64,000 nt of DNA from Lobosporangium transversale (taxonomy: Eukaryota), in contig NW_019029017.1 of assembly GCF_002105155.1 (NCBI RefSeq), positions 124,001-188,000 on the forward strand, in the 5' to 3' direction. How positions within the stretch are numbered: the first letter of the stretch is position 1; each line of letters opens with the position of its first letter. Position numbers and translations under genes: made by a program. The notes under the pieces were generated by a model that was not told where the DNA came from, did no database searches, and was given only the letters and a program-made list of their open reading frames with translations. Shown one piece after another: positions 39,390 through 49,858 of this stretch.

Positions 39390-42300
39390 CTACTGTTGTT
39401 GCCGGCTTGTCTCTCCCCCTCCTCCTGGACCCAGCAAAGGTCCTTTCGGTGGTCTTGATCCCTCTACTCCTCCTCCTCCTTCATCTGAAAATTTCCTTTT
39501 TGTGGATCTGCTACTACCACCACCACTGCCACCACTACCTCCACCGCCGCCACTACCGCTAGAAGCTTGGCCTTGAGTTCCTCCATCCGGCGGCATATAT
39601 TTTGCAGGTCGTTTTTGCTCTCTTATCTGCAACTCACAGACCCTTGCGATGTTCTCAGCACCAACAGCATCTCGATCAAAGTATGCTTTACAATTTCGAC
39701 AGTACTTGGATCGAAAAGGAACATTCTCCAATATACTGTCACAGTGAGGCCGTGGACACTTGGCAGATGTGTAGTATTCATGACAACCTACAATGGGGTA
39801 GTCTAGAGATTTTGCCTGTTCGAGCCAGATTTAATACTCGTTAAAAAAAAGAGTCAAAAATTAAATGTCATTGATCAAAGGATTTTTTTTTTACCTTTTC
39901 AACAAGCTTCTTCATCAATATCCCATGCTTCGATACTTGCCCTCGGTTTGTCTTGAATGATCCTAGTCCAATACAGATCACCGCATTCGTATTGGCATCT
40001 CTTCTTCTTCCATTGCTTCCGCCCGCAAGCTTCAGAATTGCCTTGATCACATAATCAACCCATCCGTTCTGTGCTTTTCTATTATCCCAGCTATTCCGAA
40101 CAAACCACCCGTCATTATAGAAATCGACAAGTGCCCTATATATAGTCTCCCTATTGTCGTCACTGGTCCCAGATCCACTGCTACTACTGGCCTCAACTCC
40201 ACTGCTACTACCGGTCCCTGCTCTACAGCTACTACTGGCCCCAACCCCACTACCAGAGAAACTACCTCCAGTACTTGATGGAGCTTGATTTAGCGGCAAG
40301 CTCATATAAGCGAAATACTGTGTTAAAGTAGGCCTTGAGAATGACGGAATATTGCTTTCAATCTCTGTAATTCCTCTTCTAAGCTTTCGCCTCTCTAGCT
40401 CGCCCTGAAACTTCTTGGATGGTTTGTAAAGGTACGCTCTAGAAATCCGGAGGATCTCACGTTCGTTAGGTTTCCTTGGATCCAACTTTGCAATTGTCAT
40501 CGAGTACCTCTCGCCTGGATCGATCCCAATGATAATGGTACTTTCGGGGGGAGGGCATGCTGCCTGGGTGTCATATTTAACTTCTACATTCTCGAGGAGA
40601 CGGGATCTCTGCTTCCAGTTGATCTCACGCCGGGGACTGGGACTCACCGGGGACAGTGGATTTGTGCTCGATGTACCTTCTTCAGCTGCTTCTTCTCCCT
40701 CGTCGCCATCTAAGAATGGTTCATCAGCTTCCAGCAAGTCAATATCGCTGATACCCAGCAAGATATCGTCATCTTCATTTCCGTCGTCGTCTCCATCATC
40801 ACCACCATCACCTGCACCATGGCCTGAAGACGAGGATCCCTGCTGAGCACTTGAAGAAGCCTGGACTGCTTGAGATCTTTGAGTATCCGAAGGTTGGGCA
40901 GCTTGCGAACCTCTACCTCTTTTTTGCTTCGATGTGTCATAGGCAAGAAGTGTTAGGGTAAGGCCGTTTGTAAAGAACGATGTCCGTAGTTTCCTTCTAG
41001 GACCATCATCAGATTGCAGTCCAACGTCCTTGTATCCTTTCAAGGAAAACAGTTCCTGCAACAATATCCCCTTGTGGTTAAGGATCTTGTCCTCCGCAGC
41101 CCCCTTGGTACTCATGTTTAGTTCCAACAATTGGACTATTTCCTCTCGAACTGTTGGGTTAGACCATAATATATCCAGGAGACAGGCTTCCGTTAGGCAA
41201 AGAGACCGAGGCGAGAAAGCAGACGTAGGGAAATCCAGATATTTTTTGGCAGTTGCATTTTGCTCAAAAAAGAATTGGATGGAACTTCTTCCATCGCCTG
41301 GAATATCTATGTCAAACTAGACATTATATTGAAGAAATGATTAGGAACATTTCTATAAACATATTATAAGATAACCTCAAAATATTATAATATTATATTT
41401 ACCTGCGCATTCCGATAGTGAGACCTTAGCGCTGCTTGAACAGGGACCATGACCATCCGAGACGACCTGCTGATCACCAAATCGGGATAGATCTGGTTTA
41501 AAGGACCAAGCCCTGTCTTTGCATAGAAGTTTTCGTATGCTTTGAGCTGGGACGGCTTGGCTACGTTCCCTTCGCCTTTTTTCTTCACTTCCCTGCTATA
41601 CCTAGATAATGGACTCATCACTCCGTGATACAACAACGCAGCAAGGCCGTAAATAAAGTCCCTGCTATCAAGAACTTCATCTAGGAGTTGTGGTGTTGTA
41701 AATAGTAGGTGTATCTTTGCTTAAGGGGCAAAAAGATAGACACAAAATCAGGAAAGGACAGTACAAAGAGTGTCAACAAGAATAACAAGAGAAAATAAAG
41801 ACAAACAACCTTGACGACAAACAGCGCCATAGGATGTCGAAAGAGAAAGATGGGAGCTTTATAGGTTAGCTCACAAACTGAGTTCCTGGACGGCAAATGC
41901 TTGTTGTGAAAAGGGGAAAAGATAATAGCAAGAACAAGACGTATGGGGAAAACTAAAGACTTTATTGAGGAAGAAGTTCTTTGGCTTTTATAACTTAGCC
42001 TACAGGCCTGACTGTGGTGCTTTCTAGGTGAGGTGGACTCACCGATAGCTTAAGGCTTTGCACAAAGGTTCTTTTAACTGTGGATCGACAGAATGTCCCG
42101 ATTAGTAGATACAAAGTAAAAATAAAATAGTTATAATTAATTTATATAACTATTAATGACCAGCCACAACAGTGGGAGATCAGCTGGATTGGATGGCCCA
42201 GTGGTAAGCAGGTTATCGATCCACAAGGCGCAGGCCCAGAAAGCTTGAATCCGTGCCTCGTTCAACATTTTAATAAACGATTGAATGAGCCCTTGAATTG

Positions 42301-43828
42301 TTGCAGCAAGTTGCTCGGGATTGAGATTGGGATCGGAAGTAGAGTCCAGCTTGGCAACTACACATGTCTTTAACGTGCCCAGAGTTAATGCAACAGTGGG
42401 GTGGGCCCTCTTCAACCGTCGGTCCTCGGCAGTAGCCTCCTTCACTTTCCTGGTCTTATCAGTCTTTCTGATATACTTGGCCTTCCCTTTGTTCTTCTTT
42501 TTTTTCTTCTTTTCCTCCTTAACCTCCTCTTCTTTGTCATCCTCTTTTTTTTCCTTTTCCTTTTTTTGGGGGACTTTCTTTGACGGCTGGAGCTGACGGG
42601 ACGGTCGTGTTGTTTGCAGTTGGTCAGGTCATATTTCTTAGGGGAAAGTTCCTTTTTCTGGGTAGGGAAAAAAGGCCGATAGCGATTCGGCTTTGCGCGT
42701 TTAGGGATATAGAATCTAATTAGGAACAACAATGTCAAGGGTTAGATGACTTTTTTTTTTTTTTTTTTGTATATGCTTTGGAAAATGTTCGTTTGAAGGA
42801 GCTTACCTGGGTTGAGGTTGATTATTTTTATTCTGGTACCTAGCAGATATCGCAGTCCTCATTCTATCATGGTAATGAAGGAATCTTTCAGCGGTTGGTT
42901 GCTGTGAAGCCTGGGTTTGGATCCTACCAAAGAAAACATTAATTGAATGGTCAAACTGGCCTTCTGCAGGAGTTCGACGGCTACGGGCATGGACCTCACG
43001 AACATATGATACCGTCAACTTTTCGGCATCAGTGTCAGTGAGCGCAGAGATAATCTCAGCATTTGTAGCAAGACCAAAGGTTGGGATATTTGGGGTGTAA
43101 TCGTTATCGGATATAATGCCATAGACCAGGAGTTGACTGTCCCTTGAAAACCCAAGGGCTTGCAGGACCTCTTGTTTCTCATAGAGTGCAAACATGTGAT
43201 GGCGACGAGGGATTGGACGAAGAACTCTTTTTATAGAAGGATAGATGAGAAGGTCAGAGTCCCCAGACACAGCGATACTGGTTGGTGTACATTTGGCGGC
43301 AATACACACATCAGCCTCATTTCTACAATGGCAAATCACATAGTTATTGTATCGACCGAATGGCGCCGCGAGCTCCCTCTTCTCGTTATGACTGAATGTG
43401 AAGAGCTGTCGAAGATTCTTTTTAATGGCAATCATATGGCTTCGAGATTCCCATTTGCCTTCATTGGACTTGGTTTCCATGTTGGCTATGAGCGTATCGA
43501 GTTTTGCATCCGCTGCTGTACGCTTAGCATCTCGGTCCCTATAGGCGCGCGTTTTTTCTTCGCAGCGAGGCCCATCAATGTGTATCGTCACTGTGGCAAG
43601 AGGACCAAAGATCTTTCGAATGATACTAGCCATAGCATGGCCGCAGGCAGTGAAAGAACTCTGCCGGCTGAATCTCCTTAGGATGATATTATGTATATCG
43701 CTGTGGAAAGTGCCAAGCAGATCCAGCTCAAAAGATGAATGGGGTTCAGCAGCAAGCTCATGTACATCAATCTCCTTTGGTGGCAGGCCTCTCCTTGAAA
43801 GGTATGAATAGAGTCCTTTAATACCCAT
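39390..43828 (-). CDS. FEN1/XPG-like PIN+H3TH nuclease joined to a Fanzor/TnpB-like RuvC-ZnF nuclease (interrupted by one frameshift and a 485-nt insertion)
   Basis: Coding segments 43828-42807, 42715-42172, 41686-41403, 41316-39895 and 39815-39390. PIN motifs: MGIKGL, ELD, IDG, EADVC, SGDSDLL, NDYTPNIPTFG. RuvC-I IIGIDPG. RuvC-II ICIGLG with downstream HEYYTSAKC. ZnF CPRPHC...CRNC. RuvC-III DRDAVGAENI. Confidence 0.85.
40170..40265 (-). repeat. Imperfect ~24-bp tandem repeat encoding a Gly/Ser linker inside the Fanzor RuvC region
   Basis: Recurrent ccactgctactac(t/c)gg units. Protein SGVGASSSCRAGTGSSSGVEASSSSGSG. Confidence 0.7.
41687..42170. mobile_element. 484-bp non-autonomous insertion (MITE-like), copy 1, inside the Fanzor ORF
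   Basis: Ends GTTGTGG...CCACAAC (7-bp perfect inverted repeat) flanked by a duplicated A (equivalently an AG direct repeat). Removing 485 nt restores in-frame ADLPLLDEVLDSRDF. Second copy at 45321-45788. Confidence 0.75.
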
Positions 43829-44050
43829 CTAGAGAAAGTATAGTGTAAAACAGTGCAAGCAATGTTGGTTTAAGCGGCTAAAGATTGAAGCTGAAGTTGT
43901 TAGAGTAGAGATAGTTTACCTTTAAGAAAGCAAAAAGTTATGATCTGTGAGGGGATGAGGGTGTAAGAGTACGGGTGAGAGCGCGAAAGCAATGTCGTTG
44001 TAAAATGAGAGAGAGAGAGGGAAAAGAGAGGAGGCAGGACGTATTTATAG
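43829..44050 (-). promoter_or_regulatory. Pol II core promoter and 5' UTR intron of the PIN-Fanzor gene
   Basis: TATAAATA at ~44049-44042 (minus) followed by a CT-rich tract. GTAAAC donor at ~43919 and TCTAG acceptor abutting the ATG at 43828. Confidence 0.55.
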
Positions 44051-44214
44051 GTGTATGAAAGAGAACGAAACAAAAGGCTGATGAATTTGGAACAACTCGA
44101 AACAATAAGATTCTCAGCGACAAGTTTTAACTTTTTGGATTTCGAGTATTGTTTACAGTCTTCTCCAATCATCTACATTTACCAAATCAAGCCTTCGCCA
44201 TGACAATCAACAAG

Positions 44215-44922
44215 AAATAAAAAAAACAGACTTCCTTACGTCCCCCCTCGGTATGTGTATCTGTCTGAACACGTCCTAACTGACATCCTCTCGACAATCC
44301 TTCCAAGGCTGCAGTGTTTGAATGTGTACAGGGAACAAAAGAGGTCTAGATACAGGCTCTCTTTGTGACATTGAAGGAGATCGCATGTTTCATGGCTATC
44401 AAGACAAGGTACCCCTACAGGCACAAGACAAAGGTATAACTCGGTTCAAACTCAAAGGAACGATTTTACCAATGGCCTTGTTCTGAATCCACTTGCCTAT
44501 GACACAGTCCAGACGAAGAGACAGCAGCAGTCTGACGTAGATGAAGAAGATCTCAGCCAGGAATTGAAACTTTCTCAAGGATTCCTTAACACGGCGTGTT
44601 TTAAAGGCAGCCGGTGAAGACCTGACAGATGAAGACTACGCAAACATAAACTGGAAGAGGAGCCCCAAACTTCTTGAAAACGTTGGACTCATATTCCATG
44701 AGCTAGGGCGATGCTCATCTGCAAATACCACAACTACCGTCTAATGCGATCCTGGTATTGTAATGCCCTTACGTTTTCTTCGCTAGACCGTCACAACCCT
44801 GACCTGCGTCAAACGGTGAAGGTGAGAAGTAGGCTCGTCAACAGCCTGTGTGTCTTATATGCGTTGCACCAATGCTCACTGATAGGTTGGGAGGAAAGAC
44901 ACCAAGCCGGCAACAACAATAG
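44215..44922 (+). pseudogene. Decayed Fanzor paralog (copy B), divergent from copy A
   Basis: Frameshifted peptides collinear with copy A: PRYVYLSEHVLTDIL vs PRSLCLTEACLLDIL; TNGLVLNPLAYDT vs TNGLTLTLLAYDT; INWKRSPKLLENV vs INWKQRSRLLENV; V*CDPG vs IGIDPG; terminal SRQQQ* in both. Confidence 0.85.
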
Positions 44923-44959
44923 GATATGATCAGTTGCATATTTCACAGTACACGTGTTA

Positions 44960-45134
44960 CATGAAAATTTATAATACAGACATACAGTACTAACAGCTCT
45001 ATGCCCCGAGACAAACTTGCAGTTTTATTTTGATACAAATTTGGATAAATGCCCCATGGATGTGATGTGTGAACCCACATCCTATTCTCACTTCTGCTCC
45101 CTGGTTACTATTTGTCTGTCTAAAATTTTTCATG
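44960..45134. mobile_element. ~175-bp MITE-like insertion with ~30-bp imperfect terminal inverted repeats
   Basis: CATGAAAATTTATAATACAGACA... pairs with ...TGTCTGTCTAAAATTTTTCATG. Absent from the equivalent position of copy A. Confidence 0.55.
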
Positions 45135-45136
45135 AG

Positions 45137-45276
45137 CTACTACAAACATGACTAGGTCGGGAAAGGCCTTCGTCTTGAAAAAGTTGTAAGTATTAGCTCG
45201 ACAGTGCTTTCTTGACTAATCTCTTTATTTCTATGCTTGGTCTAGATGGTGTTTTTTTATGGGGAGGACTATTTAG
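45137..45276 (+). other. Conserved intron-containing 3' module of Fanzor copy B
   Basis: Inverted copy of 39381-39203. Intron 45186-45245 (GTAAGT...GACTAAT...CTAG). Spliced ORF MTRSGKAFVLKKLWCFFMGRTI*. Confidence 0.6.
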
Positions 45277-45320
45277 ACAACATATAGACCCCACATATCT
45301 TAATCATAATAAATTGGTTT

Positions 45321-45788
45321 GGTGGCATTGTTGTAAAAAATATCTTTGCTTAAGGGACAGAAAGATAGACACAATCAGGAAAAGGCAGGACAAAGGGCGT
45401 CAACAAGATTAACAAGAGAAAATAGAGTCAAATAACCTTGACTACAAACAGCACCATAGAATGTCAAAAGATGGGAGCTTTATAGGTGAGCTCACAAACT
45501 GAGTTACCGGAAGACAAATGCTTGTTGTGAAAAGGGGAAAAAGATAAATGGCAAGATGAACTGCAGGTGAAGAATAAGACATATGGGGAAAACTGAAGAC
45601 TTTATTAAGAAGGAAGTTTCTTTGGCTTTTATACTCGGTAGCTTCTTTGGCTTTTATACTCGGTAGCTTCTAGGTGAGGCGGACCCGCCTATGACTACAA
45701 AGGCTTTGCGCAAAGATTCCTTTAAGCTGGTTCGACAGATTAGTGGATACAAAATAAACTGAAATTAACTTTAATGACCAGTCACACC
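45321..45788. mobile_element. Copy 2 of the 484-bp insertion family
   Basis: Collinear direct repeat of 41687-42170 (e.g. aaagatgggagctttataggt.agctcacaaactgagtt and caaatgcttgttgtgaaaaggggaaaa). Contains an internal 25-bp tandem duplication at 45618-45667. Confidence 0.8.
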
Positions 45789-46084
45789 ACTTGCAATAAC
45801 AAGCGAGTCAATTGGCTGCCAATACATTTAAGAGTATTCAAAAAATATAAGGGATCGCGACCAAATGGAACGGGCTATACTGATCATATTAACAAAAATG
45901 TGCTTTATTTTAATTTATTTTTTTTGAATGAAGTAGTAGGATTTCAAAAAAAAATAAAAATAAAAAAAGTTGTCCTGTACATTTCTAATGACGAATGGGA
46001 AAGATGAAAATGGGTACTTCAAGCTGTATTAAGTTCATTCTCAACTAATGTAAATCCTTCATGTAAAATACAGTAGAATAGACC

Positions 46085-49000
46085 TCAGATGAGATGCCCA
46101 TATTCCTCTGTCGATTGCATAGACGAGTCATTGTGAAGAAAGCTTCCTGCAGAATCCATCGAGAATGGCTGAAACATCCAGTCCTCTACTCCATCCCCCG
46201 AATACAGCAGATGTGTCGCAGGAGAGCTCTCTAAGAACGGCGAGGAGTCTAGGGGAAATTCATCTTGTTCATTGCCTTGCTGGTGAATACAATTGTCGTT
46301 GCTATCCTGGCTGCTCTGATCACCATTCTGATAGCGCTTCTCCTGACTGGAGGAGGCAGGGGCGCCAGATGATTTTCGTCCGCTGTGAGACCTTCTACGC
46401 GATTGCACAGATGCTACCGATGAGTCTTCTCCGGAAATTAGCTGCAATGTTGAACGTGATTTATCATTCCCTTGTTCATTATTTTGTCCAGAGCCTCCAT
46501 TCTCAACATGAACATGGCCATTTTCATTCTCGTCCCTATCCGCTGGAGGCAGTGACGGCATCTTGGACTGGTGCGCAAGCTCCTGAGCTAATTTTTGCTG
46601 TTCTTGGTACCATCGAAAGACGCTCGAAGTCGGAGTGGCATTCAAGTCATGCTGCTCGTCATCGTCTCCGCTTGGGAGTTTTCGGTCGTTTATCAGGTCC
46701 TCAACCTCTGCATCATCTAGATCAATGTTGGGGGGGTCGCTTAAAACAAAGTCTAAAAAACTTCCTGTCTTTTCATCTGTGCTCCATTTGTCAAATTGAC
46801 TTAAAAGTGCCTTATTAAGCCCTGTAGAAGACTTGTTCCCTACTCCTGTCGAGCTCATTGAAGGGGTTCTTGTGGACGGTGATATCGGGCTTTTGCGTTT
46901 CCTAGATTTGAAATTTGAGCTTGGCGACGATAACTCCTCCGGCGATATGAGATGTGTCTGTGAACTAGATAGGTCATGGGACTTCAATGAGTACAATGGG
47001 TGCGAGCCTGCGCGACCCGCCGTGTATTCTGAAGCGAGGTGTTGACGCTTCTGTGACGAGGAAGAGTTTGGAGTATGAGGAAGTGGTGAATGAGCAATGG
47101 ATGGGTTCCGTTTGGCATCTTCAACCTCGTCAGGGGCACTTCGCTTTTGGCTTGGAGCCGGTGGACTGAGGAATCTACGGCCGTTGCTGGTCGTACTCTG
47201 TTCTTCAAAGTCGGATAGCTCTATACTTTCATCAAACATATCCTCCTGTCCTTGTTGCTTTCGCATTGCTCGTTTCATCTGTTTCTTCTTCTCGTTGATA
47301 GCAGTTAGTGCTATTGTCATGGTTGACATTGGAAGAGGGTTGATGCTGCTATTGATTCGTGACGCCTTAGGTGTTGATTTTGTCGGGTCAGCAGAGCTTG
47401 TGTTTCTGGTTGGCAAGATATGATCCGACCTGGATCCATGAGCTGTTAGAGATACGTGTGAATCGAGAGAACGAGTTGGCTGTTGCTGAGATGGTGCTGG
47501 AGACGGTGATCGCGAATGATCCGAGGAGTAGTCGCCATTGTGCTGTTGAATACCATTATCGAACTCATATGCCGATGAAGTAGAAATATATGGATCTCTA
47601 CGTCTAGATCGGCCAATAGTGCTCTCGCCTTTGCGAACATGATTTGTTAGGCTGGGTTTGAGCCGTTTTTCCGCTACCACTTCAAGATATTCACGGTATT
47701 GTCTCGCTTTGGTTTCGTCATATTCCTGGAGTTCCATATTCTGCCGTTCCTGCAACTCGCGAAGCTGATCTAGCTGTTTGCGCTGTAATTCTTCTTGATC
47801 CCTGCGTTGTTGCGACTGGAGATCCTCTAATTCTCGGCGTTGCTTGAGTTGGAGTTTCTCACGTAATTGTTTAATATTCTCTACAATGTTGGGTGCTGCG
47901 CCGTCGTATTTCCTTAAGTTTAAAAGATCAAAACTGTCGTTATCTTCCAAATGAGTGATAGGCTTGCTCGGATTTGAGCGACGATGGTTTTGTCCTGAGA
48001 TAGTGGGTGAAGCCATAGCGTTCTCTCTACCGGAGCTAACATCCCACGACTGACCAATAAATTGACTACTGCCCCTGCCTCGACGTATCCTTTTGATACC
48101 AGCAGTATCGTCAGAATCAATTTCATGTTCCAAGCTATGCAGCTGATGCCGCGTATGGTCTCCAACATGATCTTTTGCTATGCTTTCTGTTGTCCTGGAT
48201 GTGTTAGGAATAAGATCCCCCTTCCTTGGCTTATCGGAAGATCGTGTGGGCATATGGCCTAGATTTTGAGTCAATGATTCAGTCTCTTCATCAGAAACAC
48301 TATCCTTTCGATCCCGTAGTGAGCTCTTAAGAAGATTCAGCATTTCTGAGTTATTATCTCTCCCAATATCTTCGAGAACTTCATCATATAGCTCTGAAAA
48401 CAGATCAATGCTCTGATAATGCAGGTCATGCCCTATCTGAATCTGTGCAGTAGCCAGTTTTGATTTGAGGGAACGCAGGTGCTATTGAACATCAAGAAGA
48501 AGGTTAATAAGTCTTGATTTGATCAACATATCTAATCAACAGGTACACCCACAGACCCACAGTATCCAAGTAAGACACCCAAGCATGTACCTTAACGACC
48601 TGTGCACGTTTTAAAATCCTATCAGCAGCCTCTTCCTCTCGACGTCTCTTATCCTCTTCAGCTTCTTCTGCAAGCATCGCCAGTTCTCTCTCCATTTCCA
48701 AGGTCGTTGGACTAGCACGGTCATTGACTTGCTTGCCTGATCCTGCATCAAGGTTTTCGGCCACTGAAGTGCTCGAAGGCTCGTCAGCTTGGGCTTTTCC
48801 TTTGGTTACTGCTGCTGATGATCCTGTTTGGGTTTGGGTTTGGGTTTGGATTTGGGTTTGTCCTCGTGATTTAGTCTTTAGTGGTGGAAATTGAGGTGGC
48901 GGAAGTCCCGCAGCGACGGCTGCTGCTGCTGCCTGAGCCTGCTGTCTGAGGATTGTCTTTCTATATTGGCCTCTTTTTTTCCGAGGTTTAGGTGGATCCT

Positions 49001-49208
49001 TTACAGTATTTATCTCTTGCTTTATGATATCTGACCTTGATCCTTCCCCCGTGGATGAAGTGTAGATGGGTGCGTGTGCTGGTGTGGACGGTGTAATTTT
49101 CATTGGAATTATCCTCGCATCTGTCGTTGTCTGAGAGGAAGATGGTATTGAATAAGTTGGTGGCAAATGAATTTTAGTGAATGAATCTAAGTTGTGTTGG
49201 GTTCCCAT
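46085..49208 (-). CDS. Hypothetical nuclear-type protein with coiled coils and low-complexity regions
   Basis: Two exons (49208-~48591, ~48482-46085). Basic KPRKKRGQYRK motif and a Q/E-rich coiled coil. No family recognised. Confidence 0.75.
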
Positions 49209-49858
49209 GGTTGCGTCCTCGGTTTAATGTTTTCCTTGGAATCCAATGGGAAAAAGCCACAACACATTCGTTAACTCGATGGTGAGAATGAGACCGGAAG
49301 GAAAGGAAAAATGAAAAGATGTAAATTCTCAAACTCGCGATGAAAAATGCATGAATAGACAGGAATGCTCAATGTTGGGTAATGGCAGCAACACAGAGTT
49401 GAACAACTCAACATGAGTGTCAATGTAAAGGAAGGAAAAAAGTAAAAAAGTAGAGGCGCTCTGAGTGAAAGCGATGAAAGGAAAGACTTTTTTTTTTTTT
49501 TTTTTTTTAGTTTGAGCTGAAGAGGCTGATAGTACGCTGCGAACAAAACAACGCGCTGTGACTGGAAACGCGTTCATCTCATTTAAACATTTTTAATGAA
49601 GGTATGCAGCCCATGCATTGAAATGTCCTTCCCGTCATCACCTGAGTGGGGGCTTTCTTTTTTGACGCCCAGCATTCAACTAATCCTGTTCTCTAACTCT
49701 CCACGTCTGTCCCAAAGTCATCTCATCTTTCATTTAACGCATCATCTGTGCGGTTTCTTTCAGTCCTACCTTCGGATCCCATTCGTGCTTGCACTACTCC
49801 TTCGTCAGTCAAATCAGTCAAGCCAACTATCACGCAAGGAATCGCGTAGTCGTGGACC

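Larger units (their letters stand above)
39203..44050 (-). mobile_element. Fanzor-type selfish element, copy A (ends not precisely defined; no transposase recognised)
   Basis: TnpB/Fanzor gene with its own promoter and a conserved 3' module shared with a paralog. Sits between two housekeeping genes. Confidence 0.65.

Noticed and set aside
41687..42170. Group I or group II self-splicing intron
   Set aside because: In no register does the excised segment end in G (group I) or show GUGYG...AY with a domain V (group II).
42803..43828. Housekeeping FEN1/EXO1/RAD2 ortholog
   Set aside because: Highly divergent, lacks the typical C-terminal features, and splices toward the Fanzor-coding segments.
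44990..45040. Zinc-finger remnant (CPRQTC) of Fanzor copy B
   Set aside because: It lies after the copy B stop, inside the MITE-like insertion, and needs a frameshift. Likely chance.
39324..45194. 58-bp inverted repeats as simple TIRs of one DNA transposon
   Set aside because: Each repeat follows its own Fanzor stop (SRQQQ*) in sense orientation, similarity continues past an intron, and no TSD or transposase was seen. Homologous 3' ends of two divergent copies explain it better.
45618..45671. CRISPR-like or guide array
   Set aside because: Only a two-unit 25-bp tandem duplication without spacers.
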